The notes under the pieces were generated by a model, which was given only the letters and a program-made list of their open reading frames with translations, was not told the origin of the DNA and did not search any database. The position numbers were made by a program, and so were the translations under genes. Shown one piece after another: positions 1-11,788 of a stretch of 64,000 nucleotides of DNA (positions are counted from its first letter, which is position 1; each line of letters starts with the position of its first letter). The stretch lies in assembly GCF_964188315.1 (NCBI RefSeq), contig NC_135663.1, forward strand, positions 30,256,001 through 30,320,000. Direction: 5' to 3'. This DNA is from Podarcis muralis (lineage: Eukaryota).

Positions 1-532
1 ATGAAATGAGCGGTGTGAAAATAATCACATCATTAATTGTCTTAAATTTGAAAATTACATAAAATAGCAGACAATGAAATGAGTAACTTTGTATTTGGCA
101 GCAATCAAATTGCAGGAGAATGGAAACAGCACTGATTGTGACAGAGAGGGATTGGAACAGAAATCCCTAGTTACCACTGACTTCTAGGACTATATACAGC
201 AGCTAAATTCTTTAGCACTGTTATGATGGAGAGGAGAGGTGCAACCATGCCAAAGAAGAAGGGGATCTAGACTGAGCTGGCCACTTCTGATTCTTCCTCA
301 CTGCGCCCACAACTCCATTGTTTCTCTCTTCTTTCCCCAACATCATAGCTACTGCTGCTTCACCAATTTAAACTTGCTCCAGTGTATCATCATCATAATA
401 CTTCTTTGTGCTAGAAACTTGAGATACATTAGCACTACCATAGGGGATTTAGTTGCAGTCCCACCCTCAACCAGGTAGCATAATGGTACGAGTCACATAA
501 GCATTGGTAAAGTGAGTCATGAAATTAGCCAT

Positions 533-856
533 CTAGGGCTTGCCGATCAGAAGGTCAGCAGTTCGAATCCCTACGATGGGGTGAGCTCCCATTGCTCAGT
601 CCCTGCTCCTGCCAACCTAGCAGTTCGAAAGCATGTCAAAGTGCAAGTAGATAAATAGGTACTGCTCCAGTGCAAAGGTAAATGGCGTTTCCGTGCGCTG
701 CTCTGGTTCGCCAGAAGTGGCTTAGTCATGCTGGCCACATGACCTGGAAGCTGTCTGCGGACAAACGCTGGCTCCCTCAGCCAGTAAAATGAGATGAGCA
801 CCGCAACCCCAGAGTCGTCTGCAACTGGACTTAACTGTCAGGGGTCCTTTACCTTT
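533..856 (+). mobile_element. Sauria SINE (Squam1), 5'-truncated
   Basis: B-box-like gttcgaatcc, Sauria body, tail ggggtcctttaccttt. Confidence 0.92.
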
Positions 857-1088
857 TTAAATGCAGCTTAGAACTAAGAGTTATAACAAACTAACACTCA
901 GTCCCTTCCATCACCTACACAAGTCAAAACCTTTGCAATAACCATTTAGCTAAAACTTTGGCCACAATGCTTAAATCACAAGACAATCAAAAACTGTCAG
1001 CAACATATATATTGGGATCACTAGGTCAAGGGATAATAAAAAATCACACAGGTACATAGAGGACTGTAAAGACATTAACAGCACCTGC

Positions 1089-1844
1089 TGTTATGGCAAA
1101 TCAACTTTTATGTTTTAATCTGGACCACAGTGTGTGGATGTATTTTGATCAATTTCTTCATATCAAAAGTTTCCTATTCAACTCTATTCCTACCAAGCAA
1201 ATGCTGGTCTGATACCTGAGCAGGTCACCCACAAACATACCACAGGCAGCAGGAGCTCCAGGTTTTTCCAGGGACGCACAAATTGTATAAAGTCCAAAGA
1301 GACCAATGGCCACACAAATTCTCTACCATATATATTTAAATCCATACTATAAGGCACATAGTCCAACTATTTAACTCCTTTTTTTCAACAGATATGGTGC
1401 TGGCTTCAAGGTTGTCTTTTATCTCAAGTCTTAGCCCAAGAGTAGCCCATTGTACTCCAGATCAAGCTGCTCTTGAAAAGAAAGAGGGATTGCAGGACTT
1501 AAGTACCAACTAATGATAAGGATAGAAGTTGGAAGGTGTGAGAGACAGGAAGACACCAGTACAGAAATGGAAGATGTGTACTGCACACCTGAGGGCGATA
1601 AAGCAAGTTGCTTAGGATCTCTCTCTGGGAGAAGAATAAAGTTCTTGGACTAAATTAAGGACTAAAAAGAAAAGGGGACAAAATTCCTTGATTGTTTAAG
1701 AGCAGCGTGTTACTTTGTATCTTGTAACAGTTGTTTGTAACTATTTTAGGAATGTTTCCAGTAAAGCTGAAATTCATTCTTGTGGTGGAGAGCTTATTCA
1801 TTTCTATTCTGCGCAAGGTCCAGATCATGGATTCTGTTGCAACA
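1089..1844 (+). mobile_element. Candidate solo LTR (left boundary uncertain)
   Basis: TGTT...AACA termini and an AGTAAA-type poly(A) signal ~80 bp before the end. No matching TSD found. Confidence 0.35.
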
Positions 1845-1884
1845 TCATACTAGCCATGATGACTATGATTTGCTTCCACAGTCA

Positions 1885-2062
1885 GAGGCAGTAATGTTGC
1901 TGAATACTGGTTGCTGGAAACCACTGGGGAGCAGAGGGGTGTTCTTGTGCTCAGGTCCTTTTTGCAGATTTCCTACAGCATCTAGTTGGCCACTGTGAGA
2001 ACAGGATGCTGCAATAGATGGTCCTTTTATCTGAACCAGCGGACTCTTCTTATTGCCCTTAA
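1885..2062 (+). mobile_element. Old CR1-clade LINE 3' end fragment
   Basis: ggccactgtgagaacaggatgctg...gatgg...ctcttcttat, a common squamate 3' end. An opposite-strand relative lies at ~24110-24270. Confidence 0.55.
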
Positions 2063-3247
2063 GAACTTATATTTGCAATCCTAAAAAAACATTTACTTGC
2101 AAGTTCCATTCAATCAACAGGATTCACCTTATGGCTAAACTGCTAATTATAAACTCTTGCTCCAACCATCTTGGATCACAATCTTGAGAGCAACCGCCAC
2201 TAAAATGGTCCCAAGGTAACATGCATAGGAGTAGGGTGCATGGCATGCCTAATTTTCTCAGATGTGTACCTGCTTGAAGAGGCTTGCATTTTCTGGAAAC
2301 TCCTATGAACAGCTGTTAGGGATGGTACAATCTGATGCACTTTTGCAGCTGTGTTCAAGTCTATTAAAATTTAATTTTCATGGCCTTTGAAGCTTAGAGG
2401 CTTGAAAGGGAGGCAAAGGGAAACACACAAAACAAAGACTGGGAAAGGACAACATGAGATGTTTCATGCAAATAAAACCTCTGTGCACTGCAAACAGGCA
2501 ATTATTTGCCTGGACTTTCATCAGATACCTTTGCTAGAGAGGTAGCTCCCTTCTCTGCTACAGATGGAGAGGGAGCAGATAATAGACAAGAAGTTCCAGA
2601 CAGCATTTCCTCCCCTTTCTGTTACCTCTCTCCTTGCATATACCTCAGGCAGAATGTAACAGACATTTCTCTTTTGTACCATGAACAAAGGCAGCATGAT
2701 TACCAAAGGATTTGCCAGCTTTACACCAAAGGTGAATCCGTATAAGGCTCTTGATATGATCACATTTGTAGAGTTATAACACATAGGCACAATTACAAGA
2801 TAGATGCCTAACTTGTATACATGTGGCAGAATTCTGTGATTCACCCTCCACATGTTTCTGGGCTCCCAACTCCCCTCAGCCCAAGTGAACATCGATTATT
2901 GGAATTGTAGTTCAAAACATGTGCAGAATACGTTTGCTACCTTTGAGCTATAGCATTCCATGGCTTGTGCCACCAAGCTTGATGTGTTTCAGAGCACAGA
3001 GATGCACCAAGCCACATTTTTCTTTGGCATGAGTCTAGGGACAGCTTTTACTCAAACTTCAGGAGTACAGTCCTTAAATGTTTTAAGACACACAAAAATG
3101 TTTTTCTTGAGTCAAGATTGTCCAAGGGAGCTTTTGTTTCCTCCTTCACATGCAGCAGGTGGATTAGCACACCTGTACAAATCTGGAGATCTACCCTATC
3201 AGCACATTTCTTCAACACTGTTTAGAAAAAAATCTATAAACCCCTTA

Positions 3248-3250
<3 letters not shown>

Positions 3251-3298
<48 letters not shown>

Positions 3299-3309
3299 TA
3301 ATAATAATA
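3251..3309. repeat. (AAT)n microsatellite
   Basis: Direct reading. Confidence 0.97.
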
Positions 3310-3428
3310 CCTATGTGGTATACATAAAATACACACACACACACCCATCCTCAGGATATATATTGCAATCTGGACTGCAGAAGTAGATCTGCAGGAAAGG
3401 TGAATTGCTGAAAAGTAATGTACCACAA

Positions 3429-3672
3429 CTCCTGCCAACCTAGCAGTTCGAAAGCACGTCAAAGAGCAAGTAGATAAATAGGTACCGCTTCGACAGGAAG
3501 GTAAACAGCATTTCCATGTGCTGCTCTGGTTTGCCAGAAGTGGCTTAGTCATGCTGGCCACATGACCCGGAAGCTGAACGCCGGCTCCCTCGACCAGTAA
3601 AGCAAGATGAGCGCCGCAACCCCAGAGTCGGCCACGACTGGACCTAATGGTCAGGGGTCCCTTTACCTTTAC
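3429..3672 (+). mobile_element. Sauria SINE, 5'-truncated
   Basis: Sauria body and ggtccctttaccttta tail. Confidence 0.92.
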
Positions 3673-6427
3673 TAATGTACCACAACAGGAGTTGGGACAC
3701 TCATTTTCCAATCCCACAACCACCAGCAGCAGCTTGAGGCAAATATTGCAGGTAAAATGAAAAAATAAAATAAAAATACTTTGCTTTCTTTATGTGCACA
3801 GGAGATAGAAGATGCTGTTTGTGTGCAGTGTCGAGGCAAAAGATGCTCTTCTTGTCCCCCCCAGGTTCAGTGCTTTTCAGGCTCAAGAGCACCTCTGCAG
3901 CTGATGACCAGAAAAGCAAAGCCTAGACTATTTGCTCACCTTAAGACCCATATCGTATATTTGGCATATGCTGTCTATATGTTAAAGACCACTGAGAACA
4001 CAAAACACATTTCAGAAGTATATTTATGGAGGTATTAGGTGTGCAAATGAAGCATCTTGTCACAGCTGTGGGTAGATTGCATGCATCTCTTGAGGACAGC
4101 ACAAGTCCTTCGGAGTCCTTCCAAGAGAGTTTGTTTTTTCCCCAGGCAAATTGCATCTCAGTTGTTCCACAACAGACATGATACTTAACTACCCACCTTT
4201 TCCAGCTGGCCCTAAACAGGTTCAGAATCTAAGCTGTTACAGTATTATTATGCGTACAGACTCTTGAAATGTCCTAAGCACATACAGTATTTAAAGTAGT
4301 GTGTATCCTTTCAGAGTCAAATAACTTCAATTAGCAATAAACAGGCTCAGTCCTGCATCTGCATGTAGCCTTATTCATTCTGCATGTGGGCCTAACACTG
4401 GTGTTCATTTCAAAAGAAACCTCTTTACAGCCTAGTTTAATAGCAGTTTCTTTTTAAAAGAGAGAGAGAGCGCACTACAAGAGTTGAGGCTACAATATTT
4501 TCTCAAAAGGCAGAATGTCTTTCAATGACTTCCACAATTTAAAAAAAAAAAGTGAGAAAAGACACTGAACTCATGTAAACACAGTTTATTCTCCACAGTA
4601 CAAGGCCTGCTTTTGAAACATGAACATCATGTGGTGGTCCTCCACACACAAAACAGCTGGAAGTCTTACGCTAGGTGAATTAGTCCTATCAAACCGGATC
4701 TCCAAACATTCAGGTATGAAGTCTCTCCATATGATTAAGAGATACTTACAAACATTAGCACTGTCATGCAAAAGTACTGTTAAGAGCCACAACAAAATCC
4801 CTAGAACTTTCTCTCAAAAGGGACGAGTCCAAAGTTATGTCTCTTATCAAGAAAGCTGCAGTAAATCCTGTCTTTCCACATGGCTGAAAACCAGCCCAGA
4901 GAGTTGGGCTATCAAAGTCAACTATTGTAAAACATTTGACAGTCAGTCCCCATTATTGTGCAAACATCCATTGCCTCCTTCATGTACTTCCATACTTTGA
5001 GATCTCCTAACAAATGCTGTTTGTGACATTATTCATATGTAGACTTTAAAGCACACGAGTTTCAGGTTTCTAACAAGTCTGTGCAAAACACATACTATTC
5101 TTGTTTTCAATGTAACCAGATTCAAATCTTCATTTTTAGTATGTGCTTCCCCACCCCCCACCCCTGCCAACCTGAAAGAACTTTTACAGGCATTCCAACA
5201 ACAGAGCTTCAAGCTGCAGCTTTGTTTACAGGTATTTAAAAATGCAGTTATAGCACTTATACTTGAGTAATAGTTGCAGCCAACAGATACTTCTCTTAGC
5301 TTTTAGAGAGACTGTAGCCCTTGAAATTCCAGGGTTTCAAACAATGATAACCTCCATCTCATGTTTTATTAGGCATAGATGCTCTCAAATTAGCTTCCTC
5401 ATCATTACTTGCCAATGCTATTAAGCTGCTGCAATGACTGCTACTTTCATCCCACCGTGGCTTGCAGTTGTTTTATCCAAATATTAAAGAGCAGAGTTGA
5501 AAACTTGCACAATTCCTTTGCAGAATGGACAAGGTTCCACTTCCAATTCAATTTAACCAAAGCAACAGAACAGAAGAATGTACTGCTGTTGTTTGACATT
5601 CATTTAGCACCAGCGTGCTAGGTGCTGCATAAACATAAGTAGCAAGTCACTTTCCAAGAGAACTGTTGAAGAACAGCAATGTGATTCTACAATGGTTCGG
5701 AAAAGGGTTACAGATGGAAAATGCCTAGCAAATGAGGAGTGGAAGATACTTCTAGACATAGGAATGCGAGATAGCAGGCACTTGAACAGGAGGAGGACTA
5801 AGAAGGTAAACAGGAGTGTTGGAGCCAGCTGCTCCCTGGCGACTCTGCACAATGGTTCTCTCTATTTCTGTGGTACAGGTCCCAATACCTTGGCAGATGT
5901 TTCCACCCAAAAGTGATACTGCCCCTCACCCCATCCAAAACCGAACCAGTTTTCTGGAAACTACAGGTGGATAATTACAGGTGGGAAACCATTAATAGCC
6001 CAATCTGAGCAACTCACATGAACCCACTGGAATCAACCACATAAGAGATTTCTAAGTGTAAGGCTGAGGCTGGATATGACATAGAACCAATATAAACAAT
6101 TACTGAGAATAGTATAAAATGGGAGAGATGGGGGAAGAGTTTGATTTACCTTTATATTCCAGCCCCCTCAGTCTACTGAACTACCTCCTACCAGTGTCTT
6201 AAAATACTAGCTATGGTAATATACCCTTTTGCCTCCATTTTAACAGTGGATGCTAGTATCCCCCTTGGCCTTTCCTATTCAAGTGAAGTGTTCTCTTTTT
6301 ATAGCACTAAATTAGGATCCCTCAAGAAGCCTGAAAATGCAGATAAAGGTAACAGGCTTTTAACACCATTAAGTAACTTCCAATGCAGCATGTGAACACT
6401 GGAAAATTACCACATTTGTTTACACCA

Positions 6428-6520
6428 GCCTTTGCCAAACAGATGTTTTGGATGACAACTCCCATCAACTCCAGGTAGCATGACCAATAGTCAGGAGTGG
6501 TGGGAATTGTAGTCCAAAGT
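6428..6520. mobile_element. Degenerate palindromic hAT MITE (gactacaactcccatc family)
   Basis: acaactcccatc...gggaattgtagtcc, same family as 29430-29559. Other decayed copies near 2870, 16480, 30300 and 32280. Confidence 0.6.
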
Positions 6521-8079
6521 GACCCAGTTGGTATGAAAAGTTGGACTGCCCTAAGTTAGATGATTACTCACAAGCCACAGAAGGGAACCTCTTACCACAG
6601 TAACTCAGTGACAGCAATACCAGCCAACATGGTGCTCTCCAATGCTGCTGGCACACATCTCCCATCATCTCTCAACACTGGTCATGCTGGCTGGAGCTGA
6701 TGGCAGCTATAATAGAAAACACCTGGAAAGTACCATGTTTGTGACCATTGGCCTATACCACCTTTGTAAACCAGCCTGCAGTAAGGAGGATACTACTTTT
6801 CCTGGATTTCTGATCAGGTGTTGATGCAAAGTAAAGTTCTCTTTCATCAGAGTGACATTTTAGACATTCGATACATACCATGCTAAGGTGCCACTTGGTG
6901 AATAATGACTTGCATTCACCCACTATTAAAACAGCTTTTATGAAATTATGAGTGCTGGGCCTCAAATCAAGAATGCATTTCTTTGTGTGGTTATTTACAC
7001 AGCCACCTATTTCACAGAAACAGTTTAACGAAATAAGTGTAACTGGACAACCGCTGGAACTTTTTAAAATAATCACTGAAACTTTCAGCTTTCATAAAAT
7101 ACTCTTGAGAAACTAACCCCTAAAAAACCCCTATTAGGTCAGTCTTGCTTATTTAACAGACAGCATACTAAATTAACTCTAATTCGATGAGCTTGGCAAG
7201 TTCATGAGCAGCATTTATTCTTTTCACACATTCCCAAGGCATTGCTTCTCCTGTCTTCTCTCCCCCTGCAGGTTTCTCTGTTCCTATATTCCCAAATGAA
7301 TGATTTCAGGTTTTAGACACAAGGAAAGGCTTCACACATGGGAAAATGAAACCCTTGTTAAACCCTCATGTCAGCTCTTCCACCTCCTTCAAAATCCTAG
7401 TTCAATTATTGTTTCCCAGGTACAAGACCTGGAAGGTATCACAGTAAAGGACCCCCCCCCCCAAAAAAAAGTGAGCTCAATCTTTTTTTATGCTGACCAA
7501 TATTGAATCTCCCATGTTGCATAAAGCCTAATCTTTTCAGAGGCATCAAGTTATAGTTGGAAGTAATTTATGGCATCACCAAGATGAAACTAAATTGATT
7601 AAATCCCTCAATAACCACAGCCTCACACATTGTGCTTTGTTTTTGATACTCTTGTTTCTAGACTTCCCCAAAAGTTCCAAGTCAGAAGTAGTTCACAACA
7701 CTAGCAAGAAAACCTGTGTCTTTAAAATCAGGGCCTCTTGTCAATACAACCATGGAATCAGTTTCCTTTTTGTTATATGAAAAAGAAAAAAACTCTTCCA
7801 CTTTTTTCCCCTCCTCCTGCCCCTTCTAACGCCTCTGTTTCCAATTACTATGCAATCTTTGGAAGATGCCAACCTGGAATGTGTTTCCAAGTGTATCTTG
7901 TCTGGCAGCATCTGCTATAAATGGGTATTTTCCATACGGGCCATTGGAACAATTCATGCAGGGAGACAATACCATGTGAGAGATAGGTTTTACCTGTTTT
8001 TATGGCGGGCTGTGTTTTTATCTGATCAGGAGATATGAAGGAAGCAGATACAGAGTGGGTGTTTTTTTGTTTGATTTAC

Positions 8080-8558
8080 CTTTTAAATGCTTCAGCTGGG
8101 TTTCTCTCGCACTCCCCAGGCTGCAAGAGACTTTGAACAGCAGGATCTCTCAGTTTGTCCTCGAATCCCTGAATCAGACCACTGCGACAGATTTGGGCCA
8201 CTAACCCTCTGATAAAGCCTCCCACACAGAGAGTGTCCGAGTCCTGAGCCCTGCAGAAGTGGAAAGCCAGGGCTTGGTGATGTAAACCCCTTTGCAGACT
8301 GGCAGGTGAGCTCGGCCACAGTAATTCAGTACAGAGGGCTGTTTTGCCACTACCCGGCCCTCCTACCAGCAACACACCCCAGGCAGCTCCCTTGCCAGGG
8401 ACGACGCAAGTATTAGTCCCAGAGTTCAGCACAACGGATGGTTTGTTGGCAGTGCTGTTGCTGCAGCTCGTCTTTTCCTGCAGGCAGTGCTGAAGCTTGT
8501 GAAAAACCCACTCTCTACAATAAAACTGTTTCCCCTGCAGCAAGCTGGTCTGAGCCAT
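8080..8558 (-). CDS. ANKRD50: First coding exon of ankyrin repeat domain-containing protein 50 (N-terminal P-loop NTPase region), 159 codons + 2 nt, phase-2 intron follows
   Basis: Translation [29 protein letters not shown]...[33 protein letters not shown]...NPAEAFKR matches vertebrate ANKRD50 as I recall it. Walker A at 8340-8363. Strong Kozak context aaaATGG. Donor AG|GTAAAT with GT at 8079-8078. Confidence 0.96.
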
Positions 8559-9401
8559 TTTACAGACTTTCTTCTCTGGGGCGGGTCAGAAACGACCACA
8601 CATCTTTAAAAGTCGCACTCAACGCAGGTCCTTAAATCCAAGTCGACACGTGCGCAGCATGGAGCTTGGTCACTGGGCAACGCAATCCGCAAACCTTTCA
8701 TCCCCTCACATAATGGTCAGTAGCATCTTTGCAAAGCCGAAGAGGCATCTTTCCATCCAAATGCTCTCCTGATTAGCACATGGTGTATTGCCGATCATCC
8801 GATTTAGAAATAAAGCTATGTTTGATACCAAGGCTCAGAAATACTTCTCATATGGCTTAAAAGGTCATGCAATGCCATGGCTACAGCTGCAGCTTATAGT
8901 GTTTGCATTTCCCTCTAATACAGATGATACATCTAAAAAAGCTGAGTTGCTAACACGCACGGTTCCTGCATGTTCTCTGTGCCTCTCTAGGTTTCCAGTC
9001 ATTCCAAAATATGTGGCTTTTATAACCCCCTTCAAAACGCCGCCCACATCAAGATGCGACTCTTGTCAAAAAAAGGCTTCTTTTCTGTTCCGTGAATGTT
9101 TACTGAAAATGTATGGATCTGCCTTGTTTATCGAGAAGTGGTTCACTGGAGTCTGTGCAAGCTTCTGTGGTCCAAGGAAGCCCTTCAAATTATGACGCAC
9201 CGTGTCTCCAATGAGATGGAAACACTCAAACTTCTTGCGCAGGAGGAGACATTCAGCAAGTGCTCTCTTTGCAGTCTCATGGTCTACTCTCACACTCCAG
9301 GTGTCTCAACTGCAGATGTCAAAACACTCCCATCTCTGCCCCAGACCTGAAATTAAGCACCACAAACACTTGTTAGCTGACATGCACCAGGGTATTCCAC
9401 T
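8559..9401 (-). other. ANKRD50: 5' UTR portion of the first coding exon of ANKRD50
   Basis: Unique, repeat-free sequence contiguous with the ATG. Two candidate acceptors: ttaatttcAG| (exon start 9346, branch-like CTAAC at 9376-9372) and ttgatttacttcAG| (exon start 9401, CTAAT at 9436-9432). Confidence 0.65.
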
Positions 9402-11214
9402 CTGAAGTAAATCAACTGAAGCCAGTTGCTTATTAGGGCACAAAAATAAGAAACCGTCTAAGAAAGAATTCACTTTATGCACACTACGTCCTGCTTTTTT
9501 TTAGTATCGGAGGAGCAAAAAAAGCACAAAAACCCCAACAAAGCCCTACTAGCACTGCCTAGATTCACATTTGTGCCCTTTTCGTGCAAGATATGTGACC
9601 TTGAAGCCACAAAAGAGCCCCCTATCCCATTCTGAAAACTGTATTCATCCAAGGACCCTCCTATCTCCTTCTCTCCCCCCCCCCAAAAAAAAAAAACTTG
9701 GTCATCTGAACCTCCCTTGTACCTGCTTCCTATTATGCCTACTGGTCCTGCCGCCCTCCAGCTTTTTCACAGCCGCCTTTGTTCAGGGCTCTGGAGCATC
9801 ATGAGCAAGACAGGAGCCACGTTTCCACTTACCGTCTTCTCTCTCTCTCTCTCCCCGCCCCCCTCCACCCCAAAAGTCCCCCGGCATTGTTGCTGGGCAG
9901 CGTGCTGTCGCTGTCATCGGCTCGGCTCCCCGCGGTTGGATCCAGCAGCCAGCGACGCGCTCGTTGCATTTGTCCTCGGCTTTGTCTCTCCCCCGACCCC
10001 CCCCCCTCGGGCGTCCCGCACGGCTGGGCTTCCCGTTTCAGCCGATAGCCGAAAGAGAGGAGAAGGTTCAGCAGGATGCAAAGACCCCTTTCCTAGGGAA
10101 GCCTCCCCGGTTGCAGAGCCTTGAAGTCTAAGCTTAGGGGGAAAGAATGGGAAACAAGGGAAAGCGGACTCACTCGAGCCAGAGAGCGCTTGGCCCGCCT
10201 GCTCGCTTCCCAGATCCTCCGCTCCGGAGAGACAAACGCCCTCCTTCCCTCCCTCCTCCGCCCACCCCACCGCAACGGAGGGGACACGCACGCAGCAGCG
10301 CCCCACGGCACAAAGATCCCCCCCGTCCGCCACTCCGATCGCTTCAGCCCCCACCCTCCATCGCTGCACGGGAGTTGCATGCTCCGGGAGGAGGGCGTCC
10401 CGCCGCGGCCTCGCTCCTCTCCGCCCGCCGGTCGGGCTCCCAACTCGGATCGCACGCCTCCCCACCCCCACTCCCACGTTCGCGGGGTTCAGATTTCAAA
10501 CACTCGCAGACCCAAAGAGAGAGAGAGAGAGAGTTCGGGCAATCCCCGCCCGGGTTTCCGACGACGCTGCGCGCTGGCCCCTTCTTCACCTTTGCCACTC
10601 ATACAGCCTTCCACGAATCGGGAGGGGAAAGTTGGGGAGGGGGCAGGCGGCCAGACGCGCGCGCGCGCCCCGACCAAAACAAACAGAAACCCCGAGAGAG
10701 AGAGAGAGAGCGCTCCCACGTTCCCAAAGCCGCACCAGCGCCTCGCAGAAGTCCGGGGAGCTTGGTGATCGCAAGAAGACAGACGAGCATTTGTGGCGGA
10801 TTGAGACGGGGACACCCCCTCCTCCCATTCACACACACACACACACAAAACAAAGACCTTTGCACGGGGCGCGGCAAGCGTGCAGAGCAGACCCGCGCGC
10901 GAGCCCACCCGCTGCACATGGAGCTTTTTGCACAAGGCAGGCGCTCATCCACACGGGACGAGGAGGCGATTCGCCGGGCAAGAGAGCCGTGTGGACCCGG
11001 GCGCAGCCCCAGCAAAGCTGAGACAGCTGCCCCGCCGCGGAGACTGCCTAGCCCCTGGCAGAAAAGAGGGTCTTCTTAGCCAGGGTTGACACCACCCCAA
11101 GGGAGGGAGGTGGACGGGCGAGTGGCTGCAGCCCCTTCCCCAGCCCTCCACCCACCCTCTCACTCGGCGAGAGAGAAAACCTCCCTTCCCCGGCTGCTGC
11201 TGCTGCTCAGTTAC

Positions 11215-11450
11215 CTCCCCTGCTTCCTCTCCTGTGGACAAGGAGGCGGCAGCTGCTGCTGCTGCTGCTGGTTGGCTCGTTCCCCTCCCGCCGCCGCCGC
11301 CGCCGCCGCCGAAGCCGCTTTCCCCAAGGCGGGCGAAAGCCCAGACAGGCGTGTCCGCGGAGCTTCCCTTCGCCTCGTCCCTCTTCACTCCCCGCAGGGC
11401 CGGCCTTCCGGCCTCGCTCTCCCTGTCCGGCGCAGCCGAAGCGCGGCCGC
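11215..11450 (-). other. ANKRD50: Putative non-coding exon 1 of ANKRD50 (TSS approximate)
   Basis: Donor-like GAG|GTAACT with GT at 11214-11213, downstream of the CCAAT/GC boxes. Contains (GGC)8 and (CAG)6 tracts typical of GC-rich first exons. Confidence 0.5.
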
Positions 11451-11494
11451 CGCCACCACCACAGCTGCCCCCGCCCCTTTCCCCCTCTCCCCGG

Positions 11495-11610
11495 CCTGAT
11501 TGGGCGGCCTCGCTCCGGCTCCTCCTCGGCGCTCGCCTCCTTAGGCCCCGCCCGCCGCCGCCTGCTGGTTTGGTGCTTCGGCCGTGGGCGTGGAAGGGGC
11601 GTGGCCAGAC
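11495..11610 (-). promoter_or_regulatory. Core promoter elements: NF-Y CCAAT box and Sp/KLF GC boxes
   Basis: ctgATTGGgcgg (CCAATCAG on minus, ATTGG at 11499-11503) overlapping GGGCGG; ggccccgccc near 11545; ggggcgtggc near 11596. No TATA box seen. Confidence 0.65.
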
Positions 11611-11788
11611 GCCCCTCGGCATCGCTCGGAGCGGAGGGAAGGTTCGGTGCGCTGCGCTCGATCCTCGCAGCTGGCCGAGGTCTCATGAGTCGCTCCTTTG
11701 TTTTCAGGAGCAACAGGCTTTGCCCTACACCTGCCTCTCGAGTAGTTTTACTGTGCTGGTTTCTATGAGGCTCATAGGCCAGCCAACT

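Larger units (their letters stand above)
1..8079 (-). other. ANKRD50: ANKRD50 intron downstream of first coding exon (runs off the window)
   Basis: Starts at GT donor 8079-8078. I found no sequence encoding the expected next exon (RCVLLPLL...FFPPWLLLLCSARKQ) in 1-8000. Confidence 0.8.
9880..11720. promoter_or_regulatory. ANKRD50: CpG island / promoter of ANKRD50
   Basis: Abrupt GC- and CpG-rich tract in otherwise CpG-depleted DNA, immediately 5' of the first coding exon on the minus strand. Confidence 0.92.

Noticed and set aside
3199-3723. 174-aa minus ORF and similar ORFs at 571, 38409 and 41224 (QLPGHVASMTKPLLANQSS)
   Set aside because: Recurrent antisense translation of the Sauria SINE plus microsatellite; not a gene family.
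8788-9195. 135-aa plus-strand ORF antisense to the ANKRD50 leader
   Set aside because: Non-ATG start, no recognisable homology and no plus-strand promoter or splice support.
9066-9293. 75-aa minus ORF listed with M start (and 8865-9047)
   Set aside because: Both start at GTG in the DNA. The real ATG-initiated uORFs are 9280->9185 and 9002->8865.
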